Assembly (NCBI GenBank): GCA_052325505.1
Contig: JBKQUS010000178.1
Coordinates: 10,897-74,896, forward strand
Direction of reading: 5' to 3'
DNA: 64,000 nucleotides
Source of the DNA: Limisphaerales bacterium
GTDB taxonomy: Bacteria > Verrucomicrobiota > Verrucomicrobiia > Limisphaerales > Palsa-1400
Position 1 is the first letter of the stretch; every line of letters begins with the position of its first letter. Positions 48,401 through 55,125 of this stretch are shown piece after piece. The translations under genes were made by a program, and so were the position numbers. Below the pieces are notes generated by a model. That model was not told the DNA's origin and made no database searches. It worked only from the letters and a program-made list of their open reading frames with translations.

Positions 48401-50104
48401 GTTCAGGAACAACTCAATCTCAACGGCAGCACCACTTGGACGAACACAATGGTCTATGACAAAGGCGTCGCGGGCGGCCCCGGCGTGCTTACGCAAATGG
48501 GACAGGCCAACAGCGCGTCCAATGAATGGAGCGGCGTGTCCGACGCCTTCTCGCGCGTTGCCACCGAAACCAACAACACGTTCCAATATCCGGCCTACGG
48601 CCATATCAACGGCCAGTCCACTCTTTTGAGTGCGTGGTTGGACAACCAGCCGGTTTCAATCTCCGTCGTCGGCACCAACGCCATGCAATGGCGCGCGATG
48701 ATGGACCTTGCGCCGGGCGCGCACCAACTGAAAGTCAGCGCCCTGCATCCGAGCGGCTTCTTCACCGCGTGGGCGACCAATTCGTTCACAAACACTCTGG
48801 CCTATCAAACGACGGTGGATAGTTATGATAGCGCGGGCGACATCACCAACCGCGTCTGGAAAAACCCAAGCGGCACGGTTGAGCGCACCCAAACGCTTTC
48901 TTGGGATGCACGCGGACGGCTTCATGCAGTCACGGAAAGGGATGCAAGCAATTCCGGCTACAATTGGAGCGCGGTCTATGACCCGCTTAACCGGAGGTTG
49001 CAAACGACCACCGTGCTCGTGTCGAATAGCGTTGCCTCAACTGCGCCGCCACAGACCATCAATTCTTATTTCGACCCGCAGGTCGAGTTCTTGGAACTTG
49101 GCGTTTCTTATGGCGATCAAACTGTGTGGAAACTTTACGGCCCGGATTTGAACGGGAAGTATGGCGGGCTGAACGGCACAGGTGGATTGGATGGCGTGTC
49201 GCCCTATCTCAACTTGTTTTACCCGCTCATCAGCGATTTCAGGGGCAACATTCTGGCGGAAATTACCAACGGTATGCCATCGTGGATTCCGGCGCGGCCA
49301 ACCGGCTACGGTGCGGTGCCCGGCTACCGGCCAGCGGCATTCGCCAATGGCGGGGACATGGCGCAATCGTCCGCATGGCGTGGGCGCGAGGTGGACATCA
49401 CCGGCTACTATCAGATCGGCCTGCGTCCGTATGATTCCGTTTCCGGGCGCTGGCTTACTTATGACTCGGTTTGGAACGCGCGCGATCCAAACTATTACTC
49501 GTTCGCTGGCGGAGAACCTATTATGGGCTTTGACCCGGACGGAAGGCTTTCGCAGCTATTTTACAACAATCCGTCATCTGGCCAACCTAGTTTGTTTGGC
49601 CTGAATAATAATTTAGGGACAGTCGTGCTTCCAGATGGGACTGTATTAGGAGGAAGTTCATCTTATCAAATGGCATCTACTGCTCTTAATATCGGCGGAA
49701 TCGCCCAGTTTGGCGGTGAATTTGGCTCTGGAACAGCCGCAATTGGAAACAATTTTACGTTTTATTCCGGCGGCTTTTATGGAAATCAATACGTTTCCGT
49801 GACAAGGGTTTCGACAATAGCCAAGGGAGTAGCTCCCTTCCTTGCCGTTGCTACAACTTATATGGACTACCAACAAGAGCAAAGTGGTCAAATGTCTCCT
49901 TGGCAATTTGGAGCTAATACTACTGCCACAGGGGTAGGATTTTTAGGCCCGGTCGGAGCAGCGTTTAGCGTAGGATATACTGGCGGGAGTTTAATCCAAG
50001 GAGATGTGAATGGCGCGGTCGCGGGCAGCTTCCAAATTCTGACCGACTGGTATTATAGCGCACCGTTCGGTCCAAATTTTGCTGATATGCCTGATAATCC
50101 TTAA
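39434..50104 (+). CDS. Giant exported polymorphic toxin: beta-helix (PMP-type) repeats, Calx-beta-like segment, transglutaminase-like segment, RHS/YD-repeat shell, variable C-terminal tip
   Basis: 3556-aa single ORF with an N-terminal signal/TM. It has six or more GGAI(Y/F)N...N(C/S)xFxxN repeats ending in DQRGF..DIGAFEY. LTVNYTISGTASNGVDYV and GSPMEQCALMVYLLRQAGVPATYIF follow. The RHS plug DPVNMMTGEFYVDAPDITLPG starts at nt 44651. Many YD repeats follow, then the core end YYQIGLRPYDSVSGRWLTYD...GFDPDGR (DPDGR at 49532-49546) and a 185-aa low-GC tail. Confidence 0.9.
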   Translation: MKYIISRQTMSWFSTLTGGAAILLAILLLPFSGYSSGTVTNLNWLDLDAALAGGGTVTIACDGVIYKPYAAVDIISTNTVIDATGHNIVFDGWSGWGGQMFNVSTGATLTLNNLTIADSIINFTVNNLLIAPGVTNGGGGAIFNQGNLVINNCTFTNNVAQGLNGTNGANGINVTSGTAGSGTAGTAGGNISGGAIYNQGTLTANNSIFNYNAAIGGTGGSGGNGGNATTGTPGAGANGAIAGIAQGGAIFSVNTTNVSMAITNCFFSLNEAVGGQGGGGGNGGVANSSAGANGVGGAGTNGFGGALYIYRNAVVWNSTFGYGAAFGGNGGNNGQTTGTSGNTAGPKGANGYGGAIYNAGTNAIINCSFFENEALGGYGGDGSGGTVGGTGGAGGNAYGGGIYSTNQIGLTNCTLELDAAFVGGGGYGGLPSGADGANGTVASGANLVRTNGTFTLKNSILDGGSGYGGNGVGTFVDAGENISDDSSITLNGTGSHSSTNPDVAAYLQYDGGPTPVIGLLAGSPAINAADSTAAPKYDQRGFMRVGAPDIGAFEYGSSSVTIFADGPTASLDGNVGLFLLGRIPPALTPLTVNYTISGTASNGVDYVQITNSVTIFTTVTNSGNYANYARVPLRGILGAFSVTNKSVTVTLNSSTNYQIDATDPLNPSTATIFISPQSTFNSSARFVRGSSTAPDFQSFVIPLNFQTGVPLAATGGNATNLFPGNLWTNTLYYLDATNTALQTNITGRVAFQNPIVAFGSPAGGSPMFLNQGYGFGIYAGDASVNYSNALRIQVYYRSNSALAGTISLPIPNPANSNQLANLVTNGFSQTFTQFGLQTVWLTTPGQRWGVLFSDTYILTHTAISSVATNYYYEVEEMGNAAAAQPMVLNQSGAQDWSRLYAMEFSQQPANISTFINQPHFDEKPLPPAYEGKTLAELTNVVPVLPNLSYLNPSNYLAIDGSPELRRHPILDQFVANMGNDPLALANYVQNEIGLVDAIDYDTNYNSMPAINLGGVNRSALATFQEGQGSPMEQCALMVYLLRQAGVPATYIFPTNGGLQMLNSQVSKLLRMQLQGAQNSLGQTNLPQLISVNYPWVAAYIGTNWVQIFPWIKDTEITEGFNFYDYMPTNYNSGFKWLTAYINNDTNIFSLSSSDQPLDLLPAFIQHNLDLNHYGLSVDDMGVQCLNRRHLYSQWSQFPEPFALSGTPLVIESLKTNMSLFNTLEIQVYSQANPSRMIDTTAIPIAELHNRKLLLKFQQIGTNNLHNMILSLEAYSPNVTNSWSFSTRADPTWALVSSNQLDTTDDNIIFQVTHTREHFLPGNYMAPSEYGISNLWGYTYIEQGAQNGQSYVFTDTFRKGDLIAFGFDLGNVTPAMLNVYAQELWQFNQKANTNQPSTINPDIYEGTPAYLLAMSFFNYYDQFTALNSSLHKIQLVSQYEQGYGLLRPQRDSSGNLINGGQINLITPAVHMPDNGFAAIFNATTHPDSGQDYLSAYLNWWALEAVQGSAAEHGTLRSFCQTNAISTVKLLQQVHTNMVTLTADNYQAAGQVTYNGVQLQNADTTTWNAIANLFSTDPSGSDAVAFMTPGVVTNGTYSGVAALYFSYDIFDAAVGGLNGGVADNYPTTTFTYVNSPNITVDPAPAGSTTTFQLLTTATADSSGNSGNVVDGATATWQQSLTDTSLGNGQTQLDPSLVQAEAQISATYGSQQNAPAAYNQLYNVGTASTTTPVYNDGTQTVADPVNMMTGEFYVDAPDITLPGPMPLQIRRNYGSQNLAENEFGFGWKMSYVPFLSVGTNSTLIYAAEMDGSIVAYRQTATNANVWLPQPQDNPMLNNNSSMGIGSVGNLFNNRLQLSTPGGTNTYTLTGANGSARTFTVASYPVGTFTRQRPYLNQWQDNRGNFYTFQYGTNSTQPDYGEVNRIQSSNGNFVWFEYDVYGHIIAAHTGDGRILNYVYDQYGDLTSVTLPDQMEIDYVYQHANYVTNSITNVYSTHLIVEEDKPDGRVLQNIYDSQRRVTNQLSTAGVDLNPVRTATFAYTNNFSLTSPTNLLTGVTIISDYFNHSTTYYYTNSLVRKIVDPLNQTTVQNWYETNTVGGFQRSLQSVTDKRGLQTAYLYDSFGNLTNTVATGDITGDGIATQTATNSASYNTNNLPVQITDAIGNSTVLVYDPTFNFLPQQIIRYAGATPVGTNFMVYGNATNVVVLGNTTQTNLAFGVTTRRVRAYGSSDAATNDLFYNGQGFPTNSVQYTGTGDPNIVNQLFYDERGELIQRTDAVGASYTFAFDPMGRPTAQETFDTGQTTPMDWKFTYYNENGETNWIDGPRYNPEDYIFYDHDGAGRVTTEIHWRSEANSAGTGVETPAGYNLYAQTFSQFDPLGNLVSQIDPRGAVTTNTWDALCRLVQAKHLDTNGVTILSTEGFSYEPGGQVQSHTNALGGVTTTFYSTVGQPESRFNADGSTNAWRYYTDGRVKREIQSNGAYWQTTYDDVNRITTKVFYSATGTPEATNSVQLDRRGNVIQRVDAGNNVFTTTLDGLDRAKVTAGPAIVTVTAYQTGNPPSGPTYYATNILQQVVTNFYDAAGRAVTNFNALGEETITTMDAIGRTTSTLIFNASGTLVHETYMSYSADHNSVTTTSGSGASAIVNTTWTDNDGHTVLSIAYPSVNNTEFTLNQFDLGGNLVSQQHDSSASGTVTTWTTASYSFDGLNRMTGKIDRDNAPTTYAFDPMGDSTNRTMPGGLQWQATYNNAGQMLQEQNFGGGNPTRTTTYSYYASGNTFAGLLNTKTDGRGTSCTYAYDDRLRQASMTYSGSLPEQQLTTTWQYDPRNFVTSITEQFASTNTGPNTTILRSYDPYGHLSSESVNGGSFSYGDSQSWDAAGRRSQLGIAGGTYGFTWRADGSLVSASDSTGSGNYSYDTAGLLTNRSVGNRMTSIASRDGEGRPLSITNTVNMLSQLTESLTWSGDGLLAAHTLVRADFTDPHVYTYASSSRRLVQEQLNLNGSTTWTNTMVYDKGVAGGPGVLTQMGQANSASNEWSGVSDAFSRVATETNNTFQYPAYGHINGQSTLLSAWLDNQPVSISVVGTNAMQWRAMMDLAPGAHQLKVSALHPSGFFTAWATNSFTNTLAYQTTVDSYDSAGDITNRVWKNPSGTVERTQTLSWDARGRLHAVTERDASNSGYNWSAVYDPLNRRLQTTTVLVSNSVASTAPPQTINSYFDPQVEFLELGVSYGDQTVWKLYGPDLNGKYGGLNGTGGLDGVSPYLNLFYPLISDFRGNILAEITNGMPSWIPARPTGYGAVPGYRPAAFANGGDMAQSSAWRGREVDITGYYQIGLRPYDSVSGRWLTYDSVWNARDPNYYSFAGGEPIMGFDPDGRLSQLFYNNPSSGQPSLFGLNNNLGTVVLPDGTVLGGSSSYQMASTALNIGGIAQFGGEFGSGTAAIGNNFTFYSGGFYGNQYVSVTRVSTIAKGVAPFLAVATTYMDYQQEQSGQMSPWQFGANTTATGVGFLGPVGAAFSVGYTGGSLIQGDVNGAVAGSFQILTDWYYSAPFGPNFADMPDNP

Positions 50105-50118
50105 AATTGTGCTCGTTG

Positions 50119-50571
50119 ATGTTTATGATTCGCCTTTTCAAAGAACTCTACCTTACCGGATTCACCATCGGTTTTAGGTTGAGAATGCCAGAGCGGCTGG
50201 GTGGCGGCTGGGGACCCATCATAGACGCTGGAAAAGGTGTCGCCCTTCTTTCGATAATCGCGCTTATAAATCTTACAAATATCATGGACTGGATTGAGGT
50301 TTATGGTGGAACGAAGTTTTCTTTCGACTCCTCTCGGTGGGCGCAATGCGCTATCGCCTTGGTGTTTTATTTTGCGAATTATTATATTCTGGTCACATGT
50401 GGCCACGGCATTAAGTTTGAGCGTGAAGAATTCAAGAATCTCAAAAAATCCAGAAAAGTTCTTTTGATAGTAAGTTTTGCGGTGCTGTTGCTGATCACCA
50501 TAGTATTTTCCATCTACTCAACCTCTGCCTATCAGCATTTTTTCCATATCGTTCCTAAAAGTGATTTTTGA
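50119..50571 (+). CDS. Multi-pass membrane protein, candidate cognate immunity protein
   Basis: 150 aa from ATG at 50119 (track TTG at 50107), starting 15 nt after the toxin stop. It has 3-4 hydrophobic helices and the same low GC as the toxin tip. Confidence 0.5.
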   Translation: MFMIRLFKELYLTGFTIGFRLRMPERLGGGWGPIIDAGKGVALLSIIALINLTNIMDWIEVYGGTKFSFDSSRWAQCAIALVFYFANYYILVTCGHGIKFEREEFKNLKKSRKVLLIVSFAVLLLITIVFSIYSTSAYQHFFHIVPKSDF

Positions 50572-50595
50572 ATAAATACCAGCGTTTTTCCATTT

Positions 50596-51012
50596 ATGAT
50601 AAACTATCTTCGCCAAATTATATTTTCCCTTGTTTTGTTTTGCACGGTTGCGGTGTCAGCACAACTTGCCGTCTCGATCTCACCACCCAAAATCTCTGAC
50701 CAAAAGACAGTGGTTGAGTTGAAGATGAAAAATGGCTTTACTGTAAATGTTGAATCAGCACGCGCCATCTGCTTCCTGTTGGATAAACAAGGTAAAATAG
50801 TCGGAGAATCTAGTAAGTGGGTTATCGGCGGCACGAAAAACCGGCCAGCCTTGGAACCAAAGAAAGAGACTTCTTTTAATTTCGTCATCACGAGCAGTCA
50901 GCCATTCACGACCACAAATCTCACAGCCAAAGTGAGTTTCAGCCAGTTGGTATTGGAAGGCGAAAAGCTGGCTGATCCCAAAACGGACGTGCAAATCCAA
51001 AACGCCAAATAA
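50596..51012 (+). CDS. Exported hypothetical protein
   Basis: 138 aa with a signal peptide (IIFSLVLFCTVAVSAQ) and low GC. Confidence 0.5.
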   Translation: MINYLRQIIFSLVLFCTVAVSAQLAVSISPPKISDQKTVVELKMKNGFTVNVESARAICFLLDKQGKIVGESSKWVIGGTKNRPALEPKKETSFNFVITSSQPFTTTNLTAKVSFSQLVLEGEKLADPKTDVQIQNAK

Positions 51013-51025
51013 CTTTAACAATCAA

Positions 51026-52126
51026 ATGAACAACTCTATTACCTGTATGAAATCACCAAAGCTACCCCTTAAAAACAGCCGAACCATCACACTGTTTGCG
51101 ACAATACTTGTCGGAATTGTCCTTAAATATCCGGGCATCGCCACCGCCAATACATCGGCTGACCTAGCCATTTCGATCTACAACACGCCGCTGGATGTTT
51201 ATACCAATGACTACATGCCTTACACGATGTATGTGACCAATTATGGACCCGGCACCGTGACCAATGTTGTTGTGACCAACACCTTGCCCAGCGGCTTTTC
51301 GTTAATCAGCGCCTCGCCGACTTACACATTAACCGGCAACACCCTCACTTTTAATCTTGGTTCATTGACAAATCTTGCAGTGCAAAAACTGTTGGTCAGC
51401 GCGAAGCCGGCCAGCGCGGGGAGTTACACCTTTTCCGCGTCAGTCAATTCGACGAATAATACCGACCTGAACACCGCCAACAACTCGGCGAGTTTTAGTG
51501 TCAATGTGGGGAATTATCTCTCCGGCAGTCTGTCTGCCAGTCTCGTTTCCACTCAACTTGTTGATCTTCAGTCTGGCTTGGAAGCCCAATTCATTCAAAT
51601 AGTGAATAATGGTTCAGCTTCGGTTTCTTCGGCGCGGGTGGTTGTAACAGGACTGACCAACCAGTTGTGGGGCGCGGCAGGCACAAACAATGGAAATCCA
51701 TTCGTGATTTATGGTTCCACGCTCGCACCGGGGCAGAGCGCGAATTTGCTGCTGGAATTTTCGCCGGGAAGCTCCTTCACCTTTTCCAGTTCGCAGTTGC
51801 AGGCATTCGCAACAATACTGGCCACCCTGTCACCACCAGGAAATTTGGGCGCGCCCATAGCTCCCCTTTCAGAAGCACGGGAATCTTCCAGTGCAGTGGC
51901 TCCCGGCGCGGTGGTGGTTTTTTGGTCAAGCATTACCAATCAGTCTTACACTGTTCTTTACAGCGACAATCCTGAATTTGCCAATCCGTTGCTTTCCCCG
52001 CAAATCGTGCCGCCAACAGGGCCAGGTTTTAACCAATCGCAATGGATTGACTACGGCCCGCCCGCGACCGTCAGCTTTCCGACCAATACAACGCCTCGAT
52101 ATTATCGCATATTTCCCAATCCATAG
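51026..52126 (+). CDS. Exported DUF11-type repeat-domain protein
   Basis: 366 aa with a signal peptide. DLAISIYNTP...YTMYVTNYGPGTVTNVVVTNTLPSGFSLISASP...NTANNSAS matches the conserved repeat domain (DUF11) pattern. Confidence 0.6.
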   Translation: MNNSITCMKSPKLPLKNSRTITLFATILVGIVLKYPGIATANTSADLAISIYNTPLDVYTNDYMPYTMYVTNYGPGTVTNVVVTNTLPSGFSLISASPTYTLTGNTLTFNLGSLTNLAVQKLLVSAKPASAGSYTFSASVNSTNNTDLNTANNSASFSVNVGNYLSGSLSASLVSTQLVDLQSGLEAQFIQIVNNGSASVSSARVVVTGLTNQLWGAAGTNNGNPFVIYGSTLAPGQSANLLLEFSPGSSFTFSSSQLQAFATILATLSPPGNLGAPIAPLSEARESSSAVAPGAVVVFWSSITNQSYTVLYSDNPEFANPLLSPQIVPPTGPGFNQSQWIDYGPPATVSFPTNTTPRYYRIFPNP

Positions 52127-52471
52127 AATCGAATGCGAGAGAAGGAAACTTGGCATGACGGCATGGCAAAATAAATTTCCAGATGACGTTGTTTCCGCCG
52201 GAACTTTCAGCCTGTTCCTGTTGAGGCTGTCGCCACCCTGTGAATGAGAGATATTTCGTAAAATTAACCATATTTATGCTTGGAATTCTATAAACTTGTG
52301 GTTGATTTAAGTGGCGGCTCGTCCATTTTGGAAAATAGCCGACGGATGTTTTGCCGACACAAACATGCGGTTTTCTGGCCGCATATTTTTGAAAAGATTG
52401 GGATAAAGCGCACGGCGAATACGGACGTTAATAAGGGCAGCCACACTGACAACAACAGTTGATTTGCGGAT

Positions 52472-53305
52472 ATGCCGAAACTTCGCGTAAAACGGTTTTA
52501 TTACCGTAATGGCCGCATCCATGTGGAGATCAGGGAAGTGGGAGGGCGGCTGCACGGTTGTTACCGCACCTGGTATTTCAACGGCCAACTCACCGAGGAA
52601 CTGTGCTATCGCCACGGACGGTTGCACGGCACGAGCCACCAATGGGATAAAAATGGCCGCTTGCTTGGTTCCTTCACCATGAACCACGGCACGGGCACGC
52701 AGCGTTACTGGCATGACAACGGACAGTTAAGACTGGAAATGGATTCCGTGAATGGCAAATTTCACGGACGCACCCGGATTTGGCTTCGAGACGGCACGCT
52801 GGTTCAGGAAAACTACCTCATCGGCAATGTGGACGTAACCCGTGCCGGTTATCTAAAAGCCGCCCGAAAAAATCCCGACTGGCCGCAATATAAGGGGCAA
52901 CCGGCTGGCAAAGTGGCGCGCGACAACGTAGCCCTAGAACGCAAGCAGCACGAATTGTTCATCAAATCACTCCTGGAAAAGTCCCATGCCGAGGCGAGGC
53001 GGTGGTTGAGCACCGGGAACCGGCCTAACCTTCGTTCACTCGCAAAATTCCGCACGGCCAAGGCGGCCCTTCGTTTTATCGAGACCCTTTACGCAGCCGG
53101 TGCCATCACCGTTTTCATAGCCCCAGTCTATGCGGGCAAAAGGGAAAAATTATTTGCCGACTGGCTGCTGGTTAAACTGCCGGGAGCACCCTCAAAACGC
53201 CGGGCGTTGCGAACACTCTGCCAGGATTTTTGCAACAAACGCGATGGCGCAATGCTCCCTGAAAAAGATTTCGGCGAGAGCCACCTGTTTTTAAGGCTGG
53301 CGTGA
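52472..53305 (+). CDS. MORN-variant (YwqK-like) repeat protein, orphan immunity/antitoxin-type
   Basis: 277 aa. The N-terminal half has repeated G-x-x-H/Y-G-x-x-x-x-W/Y-x-x-N/D-G units (RLHGCYRTWYFNGQL, RLHGTSHQWDKNGRL, GTGTQRYWHDNGQL, KFHGRTRIWLRDGTL). Confidence 0.6.
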   Translation: MPKLRVKRFYYRNGRIHVEIREVGGRLHGCYRTWYFNGQLTEELCYRHGRLHGTSHQWDKNGRLLGSFTMNHGTGTQRYWHDNGQLRLEMDSVNGKFHGRTRIWLRDGTLVQENYLIGNVDVTRAGYLKAARKNPDWPQYKGQPAGKVARDNVALERKQHELFIKSLLEKSHAEARRWLSTGNRPNLRSLAKFRTAKAALRFIETLYAAGAITVFIAPVYAGKREKLFADWLLVKLPGAPSKRRALRTLCQDFCNKRDGAMLPEKDFGESHLFLRLA

Positions 53306-53422
53306 CAAAATTAAGCCTCAATTAAAGCTGGCTGCAACAGATGCCGCATTTTTGCGCGAAGAATTGCATGTCAAAAAACATTGCGAAGAACCAAACTTCC
53401 CTTCACACTTTTCCGCGTGGGA

Positions 53423-54061
53423 ATGAAACCGAATGCCGCAACAATCGCTTTGGCACTCGCCTTTATTGCGAATGTCTTTCCCGCGCGCGCAGATGAAAAG
53501 CTTTCAAGTCTTCAAACCGCGTTATCCTCGGCAACCATCAGCGGTTATGTATCAACCGAAATGTTCATCCCTACGGTTAATCCCGCGTTGGCCACATTTC
53601 AGCCAGCGCAACCAATTTCTGGAAGACCGGCATGGCCTGCCGAATTTTCCGAACGGCGGTCAAGATATGACGCCTCATCCTTGTCGCCGCTCCCGCTCCT
53701 AAACCCATCCGAAGTTGAAAGCATCGCGCCAACACTCAATTTGATTGATGTGGGCGTTCAAAATCCTTCACTTGATCTGCAAATTTTTCAGCCAACAGTT
53801 GGGGGCGCGAATTCCAATACAGGCGTGACCGCCGGTGGAGATTCATCGGGCGCGGTAATGATGGAAGCAATTCGCCAAACGACGGGAGCATCGCAATTTC
53901 CATCCATGCCGCCGCCACCGGATTTGCAAATTCAATTTAACCAGACAGGGATACAACCAGCACCCGAACCGTCTTCAATTGCCCTCGGCAGTTTGGCCCT
54001 CGGATTGATCGCATTAACGCGATTGAACAGACGCCAGAGAATTTTGAACTGGATGAATTGA
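53423..54061 (+). CDS. PEP-CTERM-anchored exported protein
   Basis: 212 aa from ATG at 53423 with a signal peptide. The C-terminus is PAPEPSSIALGSLALGLIALTRLNRRQR (PEP motif, TM, basic tail). Confidence 0.7.
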   Translation: MKPNAATIALALAFIANVFPARADEKLSSLQTALSSATISGYVSTEMFIPTVNPALATFQPAQPISGRPAWPAEFSERRSRYDASSLSPLPLLNPSEVESIAPTLNLIDVGVQNPSLDLQIFQPTVGGANSNTGVTAGGDSSGAVMMEAIRQTTGASQFPSMPPPPDLQIQFNQTGIQPAPEPSSIALGSLALGLIALTRLNRRQRILNWMN

Positions 54062-54240
54062 AAAAAAAGAATAAAAGACAACGGATTTTTGTAATATTTT
54101 GGTTTGTCGTTCTCATTATCATTACATATTTTCCCGTTTTAAGTTTTGGTCATCGTCTCATGGCTATCCTGATTTGGAGCGGGTTTGGCATATTCACAGA
54201 TTGGCTGCTAAAAGACAAAAATGATCCAAGACCAAATTAG
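54058..54240 (+). CDS. Possible small two-TM membrane protein
   Basis: 60-aa ORF with a TTG start overlapping the upstream stop and two hydrophobic segments. Evidence is weak. Confidence 0.25.
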   Translation: MKKKNKRQRIFVIFWFVVLIIITYFPVLSFGHRLMAILIWSGFGIFTDWLLKDKNDPRPN

Positions 54241-54406
54241 GACACTACCGCCGCCAACGGTTGTTTATATGCCGGTGATGATGGAAACCGCCGGGACCAA
54301 CGGGCGGGAATTGACACAGCGGCCTCGCTAATGTCGCTCCGTCCCGCCTTCCGTCACTTCCCGTCCGCTCGTCCCGACCGGCGTTGAGGAAACGCAGCCG
54401 CGTCCG

Positions 54407-54508
54407 CTTCCGTCAGCGGTCGGCGACGGCGTTGCGTTCCGGCTCCGTTCCTAAAATCGTCTCTGCGCCCGCCCGCCACTTCCTCCGCTCGCCGACCGCT
54501 GACCGAAG
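54407..54508. repeat. Long imperfect hairpin element, copy B (23/24-nt arms, 55-nt loop)
   Basis: CTTCCGTCAGCGGTCGGCGACGG (54407-54429) pairs with CCGCTCGCCGACCGCTGACCGAAG (54485-54508). It shares the C-C mismatch position and the bulge position with copy A. The loop contains GTTGCGTTCC (54431-54440). Confidence 0.7.
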
Positions 54509-54551
54509 CGGGTTTCAAAATCAATTCCGCCTTCATTTTACTGGTGGGATT

Positions 54552-55073
54552 TTATTCATCTGTCGCAGCTTTCTCTGACTCATGCTTTATCGCTTCGGTC
54601 TCATTCTTACTGAACTGCCTGTATCCAACTACAAGTGCAATAATGGCAGCCAACCGAAGTGCAATAGTCACAGTGATCGCCTTGTGAAACACACTGCCAA
54701 CCTCATAATCAGAAATCCGATGAATGTTTATGACAAGCGCAACCAACTGGTAAATGCCGAGCAATAATACGGGCATCAAGCCCGGCCGTGACATCAGCCA
54801 TGTCAAACCAATCGCTAAAACCAGCAAATCGAACATTACCAACCTCATACCTCCTGAATCTAAATAATACAGTCCTGCTATGAACATCGAAAGTCCGTGG
54901 CCGAACTGAATCGCAAGCGCACCGACAAACGGCTTGAGGTGAGGTATGGGTATCCATTTGGTCATTAAAACGAAAAGGAAAATACCGGCGGCAGGAATAA
55001 GAACCGTCACACCACAATAAAGGCCGAGAACTGCACCTAAAAGCAACGCTGCAATTTTGAGCAAATCGTTCAT
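54552..55073 (-). CDS. Polytopic membrane protein
   Basis: 173 aa with 5-6 hydrophobic helices, downstream of the transglutaminase-like gene. No family recognised. Confidence 0.55.
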   Translation of the reverse strand: MNDLLKIAALLLGAVLGLYCGVTVLIPAAGIFLFVLMTKWIPIPHLKPFVGALAIQFGHGLSMFIAGLYYLDSGGMRLVMFDLLVLAIGLTWLMSRPGLMPVLLLGIYQLVALVINIHRISDYEVGSVFHKAITVTIALRLAAIIALVVGYRQFSKNETEAIKHESEKAATDE

Positions 55074-55125
55074 CTAATTTCGAGTTGTGCGTTTCATGTT
55101 CCTCTATCCTGTTATCACTACCCGG

